Positions 24,525 to 33,889 of a stretch of 64,000 nucleotides of DNA are shown in pieces. The stretch is taken from positions 5,216,001-5,280,000 of the forward strand of contig OZ223209.1 of assembly GCA_965140415.1 (NCBI GenBank). Reading direction: 5' to 3'. Each line of letters begins with the position of its first letter. Positions within the stretch are counted from its first letter, which is position 1. The stretch is from Myxococcota bacterium. GTDB lineage: Bacteria > Myxococcota_A > SURF-8. The position numbers and the translations under genes were made by a program. The notes beneath the pieces were generated by a model. That model was not told the DNA's origin and did no database searches. It saw nothing but the letters and a program-made list of their open reading frames with translations.

Positions 24525-26231
24525 ATGGAGAAAAACATGAGATTTACTATTTCACTATGCTTGGTTGTCATTTCCGGATTCATCATCACTTTCTCCGGCT
24601 GTAGCGAAGGAGACTCCTCTACGGATGATGATTCTCCTTTCAGCGATGGCGACAATGCAACCACAGACGGTGATTCGTCCTCCAATCAATGTTTTCCCGG
24701 TTTTACCTGGGACCAATCAAGCGGAATGTGTTTGCCGGATACAGATGGCGACACTTCGGATGGAGATGTCGCGGATGGCGATAATCAGGTCGATGGGGAT
24801 GCGCAACCGGACGGAGATGCGACGGATGGTGATCTTCCTGTTGATGGCGATGATATGGATTGCCCGGGTTGTGAGGGATTTGCAGGCGATTATTGCATTG
24901 AATCGCAAAGCGGTCCCTATTGCTACCTGCTTTCCATCGAAAGCGCCATTATCGAAAGGACACCCGATACCGACTGTGATTACACTGTGACCGTGACGGC
25001 GAATGGTGAACCACCTGAGTCCGAGCAGGTTACCGGGTGTGATTTTGTAGATAGAGATATCATGGGTATGTGTGGCCTAACGGTCAATTCTGATGGTTCT
25101 ATTACGGTAGAATGTCCTGAGGACTGTACGCTCATTTTCACGCAGCAGGCGTGTGGCTGCGGAGATATGAGCGGTGTTCAGGAAGGGGCCGCGTGGCCGA
25201 TGGAGAGCTATTGCCAGAACCGACATGGCTTAAGTCCACAAAAAGGGCCAGACAATCCCACGTTATTATGGTCGAAGCATATCAGCAACGGAAAGTTTTC
25301 CGGTGCCGCCGTTGATAGCGAAGGGAATGTGTTTTTCAGCAGCAGCGATGGTTTCTATTCTCTGTCATCGAGTGGTGCTGAAAGATGGCAAGCAGGTGCA
25401 GGAGCCGCAAGTGATCCTCCTGCCATTGGCTCAGATGGGACGATCTATTTTTCCTCGAATAACGGTGTTTACGCTTTCTCGCATTCTGGTGAGAGAAAAT
25501 GGAAATATGATGATGGAAAATCCAATGGTTCTGCATTGATCGATAGCAACCATATCGTTTATCTCTCTACAGGAACAGGATTGAAAGGCTTCAACTCGAC
25601 AGGAGAGGTTGTTTGGGAGAGCGAAGAAACAGGTACGGTTTTAGGATCGCCCGCGATGGGTTCGGATGGAAAAATATATTACACAACAGTAGACCCACAT
25701 CAGTTCGTTGCGGTAGATACGGACGGGTCGGTTCTTTGGAAAAAATCTGTAGATGATTACCCATGGTCTGGTCCAACAATCACTCATGCCGGAAATATCC
25801 TATTTGGTGCGGCGGATGGAGTTTTGCGATGCTACTCACCTTTTGGTAATCTGAAGTGGAGCAAACAAATCGACGCTACCATGCAATCTTACCCGGCGAT
25901 TGGAGCCGATGGTACGATTTATACCGGTGGTGCCGATTTAACAGCGCTAGAGCCTTCAACTGGTTCTGAATACTGGAGTTATTCCACTAACGGTTTGATC
26001 AATGGACCAATACTCGTCGATAAGGATGGTACGATCATTTTCGCAGGATCGAATGCCAAGATAAATGCTGTCAACGCAAACGGAACAAAGAAATGGGAGT
26101 TTGATGTTGACTGCCAGGTGAGCTCTATCTCACTGGGTTTTGACCATACGATATATGCCTCGGCAACCTGTGTCGACTGGAACAATGGTGGGCAAATGTC
26201 TGGCTACTTCTATGCGATTGGGGACAGATAA
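24525..26231 (+). CDS. Lipoprotein with DGD linker and PQQ/BamB-like beta-propeller
   Basis: FSGC lipobox; repeated PAIG.DGTIY...G..KW blades. Confidence 0.85.
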   Translation: MEKNMRFTISLCLVVISGFIITFSGCSEGDSSTDDDSPFSDGDNATTDGDSSSNQCFPGFTWDQSSGMCLPDTDGDTSDGDVADGDNQVDGDAQPDGDATDGDLPVDGDDMDCPGCEGFAGDYCIESQSGPYCYLLSIESAIIERTPDTDCDYTVTVTANGEPPESEQVTGCDFVDRDIMGMCGLTVNSDGSITVECPEDCTLIFTQQACGCGDMSGVQEGAAWPMESYCQNRHGLSPQKGPDNPTLLWSKHISNGKFSGAAVDSEGNVFFSSSDGFYSLSSSGAERWQAGAGAASDPPAIGSDGTIYFSSNNGVYAFSHSGERKWKYDDGKSNGSALIDSNHIVYLSTGTGLKGFNSTGEVVWESEETGTVLGSPAMGSDGKIYYTTVDPHQFVAVDTDGSVLWKKSVDDYPWSGPTITHAGNILFGAADGVLRCYSPFGNLKWSKQIDATMQSYPAIGADGTIYTGGADLTALEPSTGSEYWSYSTNGLINGPILVDKDGTIIFAGSNAKINAVNANGTKKWEFDVDCQVSSISLGFDHTIYASATCVDWNNGGQMSGYFYAIGDR

Positions 26232-26344
26232 CCCTGAGATATGTTCCCGAAGACACGAACAATCGTCTGAACGTGGAAAAATGTATTCTACATTCTAGTC
26301 TAGTCTGATTTTTACCTGGAATGTCGGGCACAATGCAGCCGCCG

Positions 26345-28009
26345 CTATTCCTCCGCCAGAACGTCGCAGTCGATGAACTGCACGCCCTGCTTGTCGCGGA
26401 TGGGAGAGGCGCAGTATTCGTAGAGATACGGCAGTTCCATCATGCGGCTGACTCCGACTTCGTGCTGGCTGCCGTCCGCTTCCGTAACCGTCTCCCGGCT
26501 CGACGCTTTGTCCGAATTCAGCGATTCACCGTCCTGCATGCTGTTCCAGGGGTCCCAGTGCGGCCATGCGCGATAATGATCGGCGGCTTTGCCGTACCAG
26601 GTCTGGATATGACGCGCCTCATCGGCGGTCAAGGGATAACCGTGGGTGGCCGCCACCAGCAGCCAGCCAGCCATGGCGGAGTCGAAGTCTACGTCGTCGC
26701 GGTGCGCAACATCCGGGTTGTGCATCAGTTCGTCGAAACGTTCCGCCAGACCGTCCATCAGCGCCTCGGCGATCTCGTCCTGCCGCCACAGAATCGCAGC
26801 GGCCATGGCACCGATATGGAAGTGGACGTAAATCTCGTAGTTGAAGAAATGAGTGGCAAAGGCCAGTTTCTCGAAATCCATTCCCGCCAGTCCGCGCTGG
26901 CAATCGCCTTTTCCATGCGGGTCACCGTCCGCCGTCAATGCCGCACCCAACTGCGCATTGCATTCGGCATCCTCACCGAAAATCAGCTCCCAATGCACGA
27001 ACGACCCCAAATCCGCCTCCGGGTTCCCTTCGCGGTCGATGTCGTACATGTGCCGGGCGACGCCGTCGTCGTATTTGGTCAGGATGTACCAGTCGTTCTC
27101 CACGATACTCTGGGTAAAGCCGCGTAAATACTTGATATACAGCCGCGCCGCCTCGCGCAGTTCGGGATCGTCGGCTTCGTAGTAGGCGCGTGTGGCCATC
27201 AGCATCGACTGGTACACATAGGGAATATCGTCTTTGCTGCGCATGTTCGACACCCAGATGTCGCCGTATTCGGGATTGTCCGGAATCTCGAAAATGTGCA
27301 CGTTCCACTTGGCGCTGGCGACGCAGGAGGGCGAATAGTCGATTTCCAACTTGCGGTCATCGACCGTGTAGCCGTGGTTGTGGTTGAAAATCGCACGTGA
27401 TTGCAAGTACTTGACGATCGGGTCTTCGCGCTCGAATTCGAATCCCAGTGACAGCGCTACCATGCCCTTCATGTACTGCCTGGCCACGTCGGCCATGCGT
27501 TGATTGCCGGTGAGCAGGTAGCCGCCGATGGCGTTGGGCAGCAGCTTCATGGTGCGTTCCGCGATGTTTTCCGCGCGGCCATGATGGAACAGCACGAGCG
27601 TGTCGCCTTCTTTTCTCATGCCGACATCCTGCCACCAGAGCTTGTAGTCCATCATGTTTTCATCGTAGCTTTTATCCAGACCGTGGCTGATACGCCAGAC
27701 CCAGTCGAAATATCCGACATCCTTGTAGAAATCCGCCATTTTTTGGCTGAAATCCGCGATTTCTTCCTGGCTGACAGGCTCGCCGGAAGGCTCGCGTGCG
27801 GGACGCTCAAAGCCCAAGGTATCCAAGGGTTTAGGTGGAATCAAGGGGTCCGGTGTTTCGCCTTCGATGTCGGTGGTATCCGAGTCGCCATCGGTAGCGG
27901 CGGCATCCTGGTCGCCGTCTATAGGAGCGACGTCCGAGGAATCTTCGTTGCAGCCTAAAAGCAACAGGGCCAGCAACAACACATAAACGGGTAGAGTTAG
28001 GGTGCGTAT
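26345..28009 (-). CDS. Hypothetical lipoprotein with DGD linker (start uncertain: ATA 28009 or GTG 27982)
   Basis: Long ORF with strong GC3 bias; LLGC lipobox. Confidence 0.75.
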   Translation of the reverse strand: MRTLTLPVYVLLLALLLLGCNEDSSDVAPIDGDQDAAATDGDSDTTDIEGETPDPLIPPKPLDTLGFERPAREPSGEPVSQEEIADFSQKMADFYKDVGYFDWVWRISHGLDKSYDENMMDYKLWWQDVGMRKEGDTLVLFHHGRAENIAERTMKLLPNAIGGYLLTGNQRMADVARQYMKGMVALSLGFEFEREDPIVKYLQSRAIFNHNHGYTVDDRKLEIDYSPSCVASAKWNVHIFEIPDNPEYGDIWVSNMRSKDDIPYVYQSMLMATRAYYEADDPELREAARLYIKYLRGFTQSIVENDWYILTKYDDGVARHMYDIDREGNPEADLGSFVHWELIFGEDAECNAQLGAALTADGDPHGKGDCQRGLAGMDFEKLAFATHFFNYEIYVHFHIGAMAAAILWRQDEIAEALMDGLAERFDELMHNPDVAHRDDVDFDSAMAGWLLVAATHGYPLTADEARHIQTWYGKAADHYRAWPHWDPWNSMQDGESLNSDKASSRETVTEADGSQHEVGVSRMMELPYLYEYCASPIRDKQGVQFIDCDVLAEE

Positions 28010-28243
28010 GGCTCGACTCGCTTTCGATAAAAGTTGAAATCAGGAAAATACTTGCGGAAACGATACCGTTATCGAAGAGGGCTTGTCAAGCCTTTGGGTG
28101 AGGCTTTCAGGATGGAAAATAAACGATGAAAATCTAGCCCGTTGGAGCAACGGCTCCTGTCCTGCTCCAACCGTATGTCTTGACCTCATAAAAAATCCGG
28201 GAGGCCAATCGCTCCCGGAAATGTCAGCACACAAATCTGCCGA

Positions 28244-29563
28244 TCAACCGCAACCGCCGGTAACTTTGGCTTTCGCCCGGATCTTCACCTTGGCGTCGTA
28301 GGTATATTTCGGCCATACGGGACGATGCCCCTTGCCTTCGATGTTCGGATTCTGCTTGTCGCATTCGTAAGGAATGACTTCCTTGCAGCCACATTCGGGA
28401 TGCGCATTGTAGGCGCGTCCACCGACCGCGCGCAGAAAACGGAAACCCAGTTCTTCATCCGCTTTGCGTAGTTCCGGCGCCGCATTAGCGAGACAGGGAG
28501 TTGATTGATACTTGCTCAGCCAATTGTTGTAACCGCCTTCAACCACATAGATATTGGGCACCCCCGCCGCATACAACTCCCGATAGGCTTCTGTCGCCCA
28601 CTGTTCACCGTTGGAGATGATAAACGTAGCAGTGTTGGTCGGTTGCTTTTTCAAACGCTTGATTAACGCCGGATCGCCCGCCGTTCCTGGCTCAAGGCGC
28701 ACGGCCCCCTGCAAGTGGAAAAGGTTGAAATAGGCTTCAGGACGCACATCCAGCGTGGTTACGTAAACTCCCGGATTTCCACGGAAAGCAACCACTTCCG
28801 CCGGATGCACGTACACCGCGCGAGACTCCAGCGTTTCTCCGGCTTTCGGCTGCAACTGCTCCCAACGCTTCTCCAAACTCGGCTGACCGATCAGCAACAC
28901 AACCAATCCCACCAGCACCAGCGCGCCAGCCGCCGTCACATGTCGGCGATTGCTGAAACGCCACAATGAGCCACTCGGGCGGGGCTTATCGCCAAACACG
29001 CTTTCCGAGATTTCACCCAGGAAAAAGGCGAACAGCGCCATCAGGATCAATCCGACCAGCACCACGCCTGCATCGACGCCCAACCAGTCCATCATCGTAA
29101 AACGACCGTAATAGCTGCTGTGCCAGAAGGCATCGATCGAACCGACCCATTCACCGAACACGAAGGTGCCCAGCGTCACGCCCAGGGCGAACACCATGCC
29201 GTCGATTTTCATCGTGCTGGCCGCCACCAGGGAGGTTCCCGGACAGAAGCCGCCGATAATGAAGCCGACTCCCATAATCAGGCCGCCCACAATTCCCGGC
29301 CACAAATAGGTGGGATTGACGAACACGCGGGAAAAATCCAATAATCCCAGGGAAGTGGACAAGAAGATCAAGGTCGCCGCCACGACGATACCGGTGAACA
29401 TCACCTTTAAAACCGTCATTTCCTTCAAGTAGAACTGCGCCGCCAGCTTGCGGCTGTCACCGAATCCGGCCATTTCCAAGGTCGCACCGAATCCCGCTCC
29501 GATCAGGAAGAAAACGAGGAAATAGGTGACGTCGCTCCAGGTGCTTAAATCATAGGGTGCCAT
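28244..29563 (-). CDS. YeeE/YedE sulfur-transporter family protein fused to a rhodanese-like domain, ending in GGCG
   Basis: GFG....L...FY..., GG.I.G.G....GFCPGT motif; DVR...F...HL.GA and V.EGG...W rhodanese motifs; GGGAGGA RBS before ATG 29563. Confidence 0.88.
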   Translation of the reverse strand: MAPYDLSTWSDVTYFLVFFLIGAGFGATLEMAGFGDSRKLAAQFYLKEMTVLKVMFTGIVVAATLIFLSTSLGLLDFSRVFVNPTYLWPGIVGGLIMGVGFIIGGFCPGTSLVAASTMKIDGMVFALGVTLGTFVFGEWVGSIDAFWHSSYYGRFTMMDWLGVDAGVVLVGLILMALFAFFLGEISESVFGDKPRPSGSLWRFSNRRHVTAAGALVLVGLVVLLIGQPSLEKRWEQLQPKAGETLESRAVYVHPAEVVAFRGNPGVYVTTLDVRPEAYFNLFHLQGAVRLEPGTAGDPALIKRLKKQPTNTATFIISNGEQWATEAYRELYAAGVPNIYVVEGGYNNWLSKYQSTPCLANAAPELRKADEELGFRFLRAVGGRAYNAHPECGCKEVIPYECDKQNPNIEGKGHRPVWPKYTYDAKVKIRAKAKVTGGCG

Positions 29564-29577
29564 CTCGTGATCCTCCC

Positions 29578-30111
29578 TTAATTCCAATGCCGACGGAAGA
29601 AGTAGGCCAGCGCATAGCCGCCGCCGAAAACGGCGAACATGAAAGCGAAGCTGCCCACACTAAGCACTGCGCCGCCGCTTAATGCCTGCCCGGAGGTGCA
29701 GCCGCGCGCCATGCGCGCTCCCACTCCCATAATCAGCCCGCCAAGCAGCGCAAACACAATGCGCGTTCCCGTTTTGGCGTTCGGTCCCTTGCGCAGTTCG
29801 AATTTGAAGCGCCGGTTGAACAGACCGGAAAGCGCCCCACCGAAAAAGGTGCCAAGCAACATGTAAATGCTGGAATGATGCAAGGGGTTTTTGTCGCCTC
29901 CCGCCGTTTGCGCGAAGTAAGCAACCTGGTTGACGTGCTCCGATGCGACCAGATCCAGTACGGAGATCTGGATACGGTTGATCGCGCCGCTGGCGCCCAG
30001 TCCACCTCCCGTAATATAGAAGGAAAGGAAGAGCACTACTCCCAGTATCGTACCCGCAAGATACGGGTTCATGTAGGGACGCGCGGTTTTCTGTTTACTA
30101 TTCGCAGACAT
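29578..30111 (-). CDS. YeeE/YedE sulfur-transporter family protein
   Basis: NPYLAG, GLGASG, GG..MG.GARMARGCTSG.ALSG motifs. Confidence 0.9.
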   Translation of the reverse strand: MSANSKQKTARPYMNPYLAGTILGVVLFLSFYITGGGLGASGAINRIQISVLDLVASEHVNQVAYFAQTAGGDKNPLHHSSIYMLLGTFFGGALSGLFNRRFKFELRKGPNAKTGTRIVFALLGGLIMGVGARMARGCTSGQALSGGAVLSVGSFAFMFAVFGGGYALAYFFRRHWN

Positions 30112-30114
30112 GGC

Positions 30115-32451
30115 TTACCTCGCTGTGTTCGATTCGGAATCGGAGGCGACTTCGATATCTTCATACCCGGTGACCATCGCTTTCAGGTTGGAAGTCAGCG
30201 TATGGCCGGTGGTGATCAGGTACAGATGGGCTGCAATAAAGCTGAGCAGCAACCAGCTTCCAAGATTGTGTAACGGCGCAACCAGGCTTAACCCCTGAAT
30301 ATTCGCGGCGGTTTCCGGCCACTGCGACACGGCCCAGATCAATAAACCGGTAACGACCTGGAAGGGGAACAGCACGTTCATCAATCCCATATAGGTGATC
30401 TGCTGCAAGGGATTCAGCTTGCGTTCCGGTGTCTTTTCGATGGGATGCGGTGCACCGACGAAAATGCCGTTCAGGTAATATTGGGCCTGCACCAGCACAT
30501 CCTGAATGAACGATTCCCGCCTGGGAATGAACTGCCGGATGTTGGCAGTCGCCAGATGGTAGAAAAGAGAAAGCAGCGCATTGACGATCATAATCACCGC
30601 CAGCACATTGTGCATGTCCACGGCGAGGCGGAAGCCGAATAGGTGCAGGCTACCCATGTAGTGGATTTCCAATCCCGTCAACGCCAGCAGTATGATACTT
30701 GCAGCCATCAACCAGTGCCAGATGCGCTCGTATAGCTGGTACATATACACGCGCTTCATCTTGGCGTGCGACTGTTGCCGATGTTTGCGGGTGAAGATGC
30801 GGTAGGAAGCGTGCGCGCCCAGTCCCAGCGCGGTCATGATGAAGAAGGCCAATCCGAGCAGATCGCTCCAGGGCTGACGGTCATGCCCGAGGATATAAAC
30901 ATCCCCGCTGCGTTGCGGTGCGAAGGTCACGCTCGCTCTGTCCTGTACGATTGAGCCGCCAACGGCCAATCCGTCCGTGGACGGTCCCTGTGGGGCCATA
31001 CCTCCAACAAGAGAAGCCGTCAGCATCACCGGGCGGTCGATCGCGGTCTGCTCGCCGTGACAGCGCGTACAATCCAAGGTAACGGCGTTATGATCTTTCA
31101 CGCCGTGCGAGACAGCAAGCACATCCAGGCGCGAAACGATTTTCGGGTCGTTCACGCCAACCGCAACAAGCCGCGCCCTGGCCGCTGCGATTTCCGAGTC
31201 GTCACCAAGCTTCCATTCGCCGTCTTCCACCTTGCCGTCGTGGTCGTCGTCCAAAGCGGCAGCCAGATTGGGATGCAGCTCGCCATCGACGAAAAAGGCT
31301 TTCATCAGCAGTTCGCGAGAAAGCGGCTCATCGATTTCTTTTCCGCGCCAATACCAGCTTGTCAGCATATTGGCCGCATGAACGCGGGACTGACCGTCAT
31401 CATCCAGAGCAGTCAACAAAAACGGTTGATAACGACGAACGTAGCGAACATTGGCGACTTTTCCACGGTCCGCATCCGCGTTCCAGTATTCCACCTGCGA
31501 TCCGCCATCGGCAAGCGGCAGAGTCGCATCAATCGTGCGTGCAACGGGGGCCGTCCATTCAGGGACGTGACAGCTCTGGCAGGAAACGCGCTCCATATGG
31601 CGCTGCTTGTAAGGCAGATCCTCATGGATCACCATCGGATCGTGACAATCGGTGCACTTCGAGCTTAACAGGCGATGATCGGGTTTCTTCAGAAAGTCAC
31701 CAAGGTCCATGCGGCGCGGGTCGTTGCGCAGATGCGCCAGCGGCTCGGCTTCCTTTTTGCTGTGCTTAGGTGAATTGGCCGGGTAATGACAATCGGCGCA
31801 GGAAAGCAGCCGTTCGGCATGTACGTCCCAGGCATACGGTTTGTCGTCCTTGCCTTCAATATTCAGATAGGAATCGCGGATCGGGTGACGCGAAAAAATA
31901 ACGCCGCTTCTCCGCGTCTGACTGAACGGATCTTCATCCGTCAGCAAACTGGCTTTGCTGTCGAAATCGTTGGGGAGACGCATGGGAAAACGGTCATCGT
32001 GCGCCATACCGTGGCACATACCGCAATTTTCCGGCTGCGGCGCTCCAATTCGAATCGCCTGCTGGGGCAGCATCCCGTTTTCATCCACATCCTGCGCGGT
32101 AATCGTCCACTCGCCGCCATCGCCGTGACAGGCCAGGCAATCGACCTTGACGCGCCCCTGGTGGTGGCTGTTGTGCGAGTTGATGAACTCGACATCATGA
32201 CAGGCCGCACAGGTACGGCTTTCGTCCATGGTGGCCTTGGACACGGAAATCGGCTGGCCGTCTTTATCCAACACCATAAAAGAAGGATGAAAGCTCGTTC
32301 TGGGCATGGCCACATCGGAAATACCCGCCAACGTGTCCATTGGATCTACATGCCCGGTATGTTCTTCCGCTTCATCCTGTGCCCAAACGGCTGAAGCCAG
32401 CATAAACAATCCCATAGCGATCAAAACCATTTCCCGCATGACTCGTCTCAT
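30115..32451 (-). CDS. Heptaheme cytochrome c fused to a di-heme cytochrome b (Ni/Fe-hydrogenase b-type) domain
   Basis: Signal peptide; 7 CxxCH motifs; C-terminal ERIWHW, HN, KLNPLQQ, HN...HLY TM domain; TGATG coupling with the upstream gene. Confidence 0.9.
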   Translation of the reverse strand: MRRVMREMVLIAMGLFMLASAVWAQDEAEEHTGHVDPMDTLAGISDVAMPRTSFHPSFMVLDKDGQPISVSKATMDESRTCAACHDVEFINSHNSHHQGRVKVDCLACHGDGGEWTITAQDVDENGMLPQQAIRIGAPQPENCGMCHGMAHDDRFPMRLPNDFDSKASLLTDEDPFSQTRRSGVIFSRHPIRDSYLNIEGKDDKPYAWDVHAERLLSCADCHYPANSPKHSKKEAEPLAHLRNDPRRMDLGDFLKKPDHRLLSSKCTDCHDPMVIHEDLPYKQRHMERVSCQSCHVPEWTAPVARTIDATLPLADGGSQVEYWNADADRGKVANVRYVRRYQPFLLTALDDDGQSRVHAANMLTSWYWRGKEIDEPLSRELLMKAFFVDGELHPNLAAALDDDHDGKVEDGEWKLGDDSEIAAARARLVAVGVNDPKIVSRLDVLAVSHGVKDHNAVTLDCTRCHGEQTAIDRPVMLTASLVGGMAPQGPSTDGLAVGGSIVQDRASVTFAPQRSGDVYILGHDRQPWSDLLGLAFFIMTALGLGAHASYRIFTRKHRQQSHAKMKRVYMYQLYERIWHWLMAASIILLALTGLEIHYMGSLHLFGFRLAVDMHNVLAVIMIVNALLSLFYHLATANIRQFIPRRESFIQDVLVQAQYYLNGIFVGAPHPIEKTPERKLNPLQQITYMGLMNVLFPFQVVTGLLIWAVSQWPETAANIQGLSLVAPLHNLGSWLLLSFIAAHLYLITTGHTLTSNLKAMVTGYEDIEVASDSESNTAR

Positions 32452-33869
32452 CAGCGCCCTCCCGCCAGAATCGGATCTTGATCGTAGCCTAACGCTTTCC
32501 AGTCCATCCGCGATGCTTTCTGCCCGTGGCAGTCCGCACAATCCAGCGCTTCCTCTTTGGGTCGCACCGTGTGATTCAACGGCCAATACATCTCCGTTTT
32601 TGCAAAAGCATAGTTACCGCTGTATTCCAAGCCTACGCTTTTTGCACCCAACCGCATGGCCTGGTCCCAGTCGAAGACATGCCAGTAGCCGCCCTCTCCC
32701 GCAGTAACAGGAGGTATCAAGTAGCGATTTCCTGCATCATAGGGTTGCTTGCCACGATGCACCTTGAAGGGATGAATCTGGGCGTGTGCATCTTTGCGGC
32801 TGCCGCGTGGGTTGTTCAGGATCGTCGTACCTTCGGGATCGATTTTGTCGCCCACCAGGTAACGATCGGCGGTGTGATTGAACCAGCGATATTCCGGCAC
32901 GACTGACTGCCCGTAAATGAATTCACCTTTGATTTTAAGGTATTCGTGGGGATCTTCCTTGCGCGATGGGTCGCCCGCCTTGCTCCAGTCCCAATCCATT
33001 TTGGTGGGAGCGCGCACGGCGTGGGTGGGAATATGGCAGGTCTGACAGGCCACCCGCTTCAGATGACTCTGGATGCGTTTGTCGGTATGGATTTCTCCTT
33101 TGTGACAGGTTGTACAGTCGATACCGTTTCGGCTATCCACGCTTACGGCGATGGAACGCCCGCTGATGGCATGCTTGGGTGCTTTATGGCAATCGACGCA
33201 GAGCATGTCGTTGCCACCCATGTGAATATCCGCTTCCATATCCGGTGTATTTAACGCCACATGCAAATCGCCATGCTTGACACCCATGCCGCCACCACCG
33301 AAAAAGTGACAGCTTCCGCAATTGTCGCGCTTGGGATAACCGACGCTTTGGGCCGATGCCTGCAAATCGACAGATTTGTCCGGCATACCCGCCTTGCCCT
33401 TTATATAACCACCTGACCAGTCATGACAGACCAGACAATCGACATTGGTTTCTTTATTAAAATCAAAGCTTTCGTCTTCCCAACCATAGCCAGCATGGCA
33501 TTTGGTACAGGAAGGCCAGTTGCCGGTAATACCGATGCAGTAGTTGTTCAGAAGATTCTTTTTACCGATTTGCCGCTTGCCCGGATGATTGGGCACTTCA
33601 ACCGGTTCACCAACCCAGTTCCAATGCGCAGTAGCCATCACATCTTTGGCCGACTGCTTGTGACATTGAAGACAGGCTTTCGTCACATCCTGAGGGGAAA
33701 CGATCGGTTTGGTGAAAAAGCTGGAGTGATCCAGGTGAGCCCGATACTCAGAATGCTCCGGCTTTTCCGAAGCGAACAGAGTGGGGGCTACAAATAGACC
33801 TGCCACTACCAGACCCACCGCAAGGACTGCGCCGTACAAAGTCAGTGTTTTTCCTTTTGGCAATACCAC
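32451..33869 (-). CDS. otr: Octaheme c-type cytochrome, tetrathionate reductase (OTR) family
   Basis: 8 CxxCH motifs; HWNW, GKKN..NNYC, CTKCHAGYGW, FFGGGG.GVKHGD, WDWSKAG motifs; GTG start after AAGGAAAGGA. Confidence 0.92.
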   Translation of the reverse strand: MVLPKGKTLTLYGAVLAVGLVVAGLFVAPTLFASEKPEHSEYRAHLDHSSFFTKPIVSPQDVTKACLQCHKQSAKDVMATAHWNWVGEPVEVPNHPGKRQIGKKNLLNNYCIGITGNWPSCTKCHAGYGWEDESFDFNKETNVDCLVCHDWSGGYIKGKAGMPDKSVDLQASAQSVGYPKRDNCGSCHFFGGGGMGVKHGDLHVALNTPDMEADIHMGGNDMLCVDCHKAPKHAISGRSIAVSVDSRNGIDCTTCHKGEIHTDKRIQSHLKRVACQTCHIPTHAVRAPTKMDWDWSKAGDPSRKEDPHEYLKIKGEFIYGQSVVPEYRWFNHTADRYLVGDKIDPEGTTILNNPRGSRKDAHAQIHPFKVHRGKQPYDAGNRYLIPPVTAGEGGYWHVFDWDQAMRLGAKSVGLEYSGNYAFAKTEMYWPLNHTVRPKEEALDCADCHGQKASRMDWKALGYDQDPILAGGR

Positions 33870-33889
33870 GGTATCATTCCTTTCCTTGA

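Noticed and set aside
28244-28260. Selenocysteine read-through at the TGA after GGCG
   Set aside because: The Cys codon is an ordinary TGC, GGCG is a sensible C-terminus, and no convincing SECIS or downstream coding continuation was recognised
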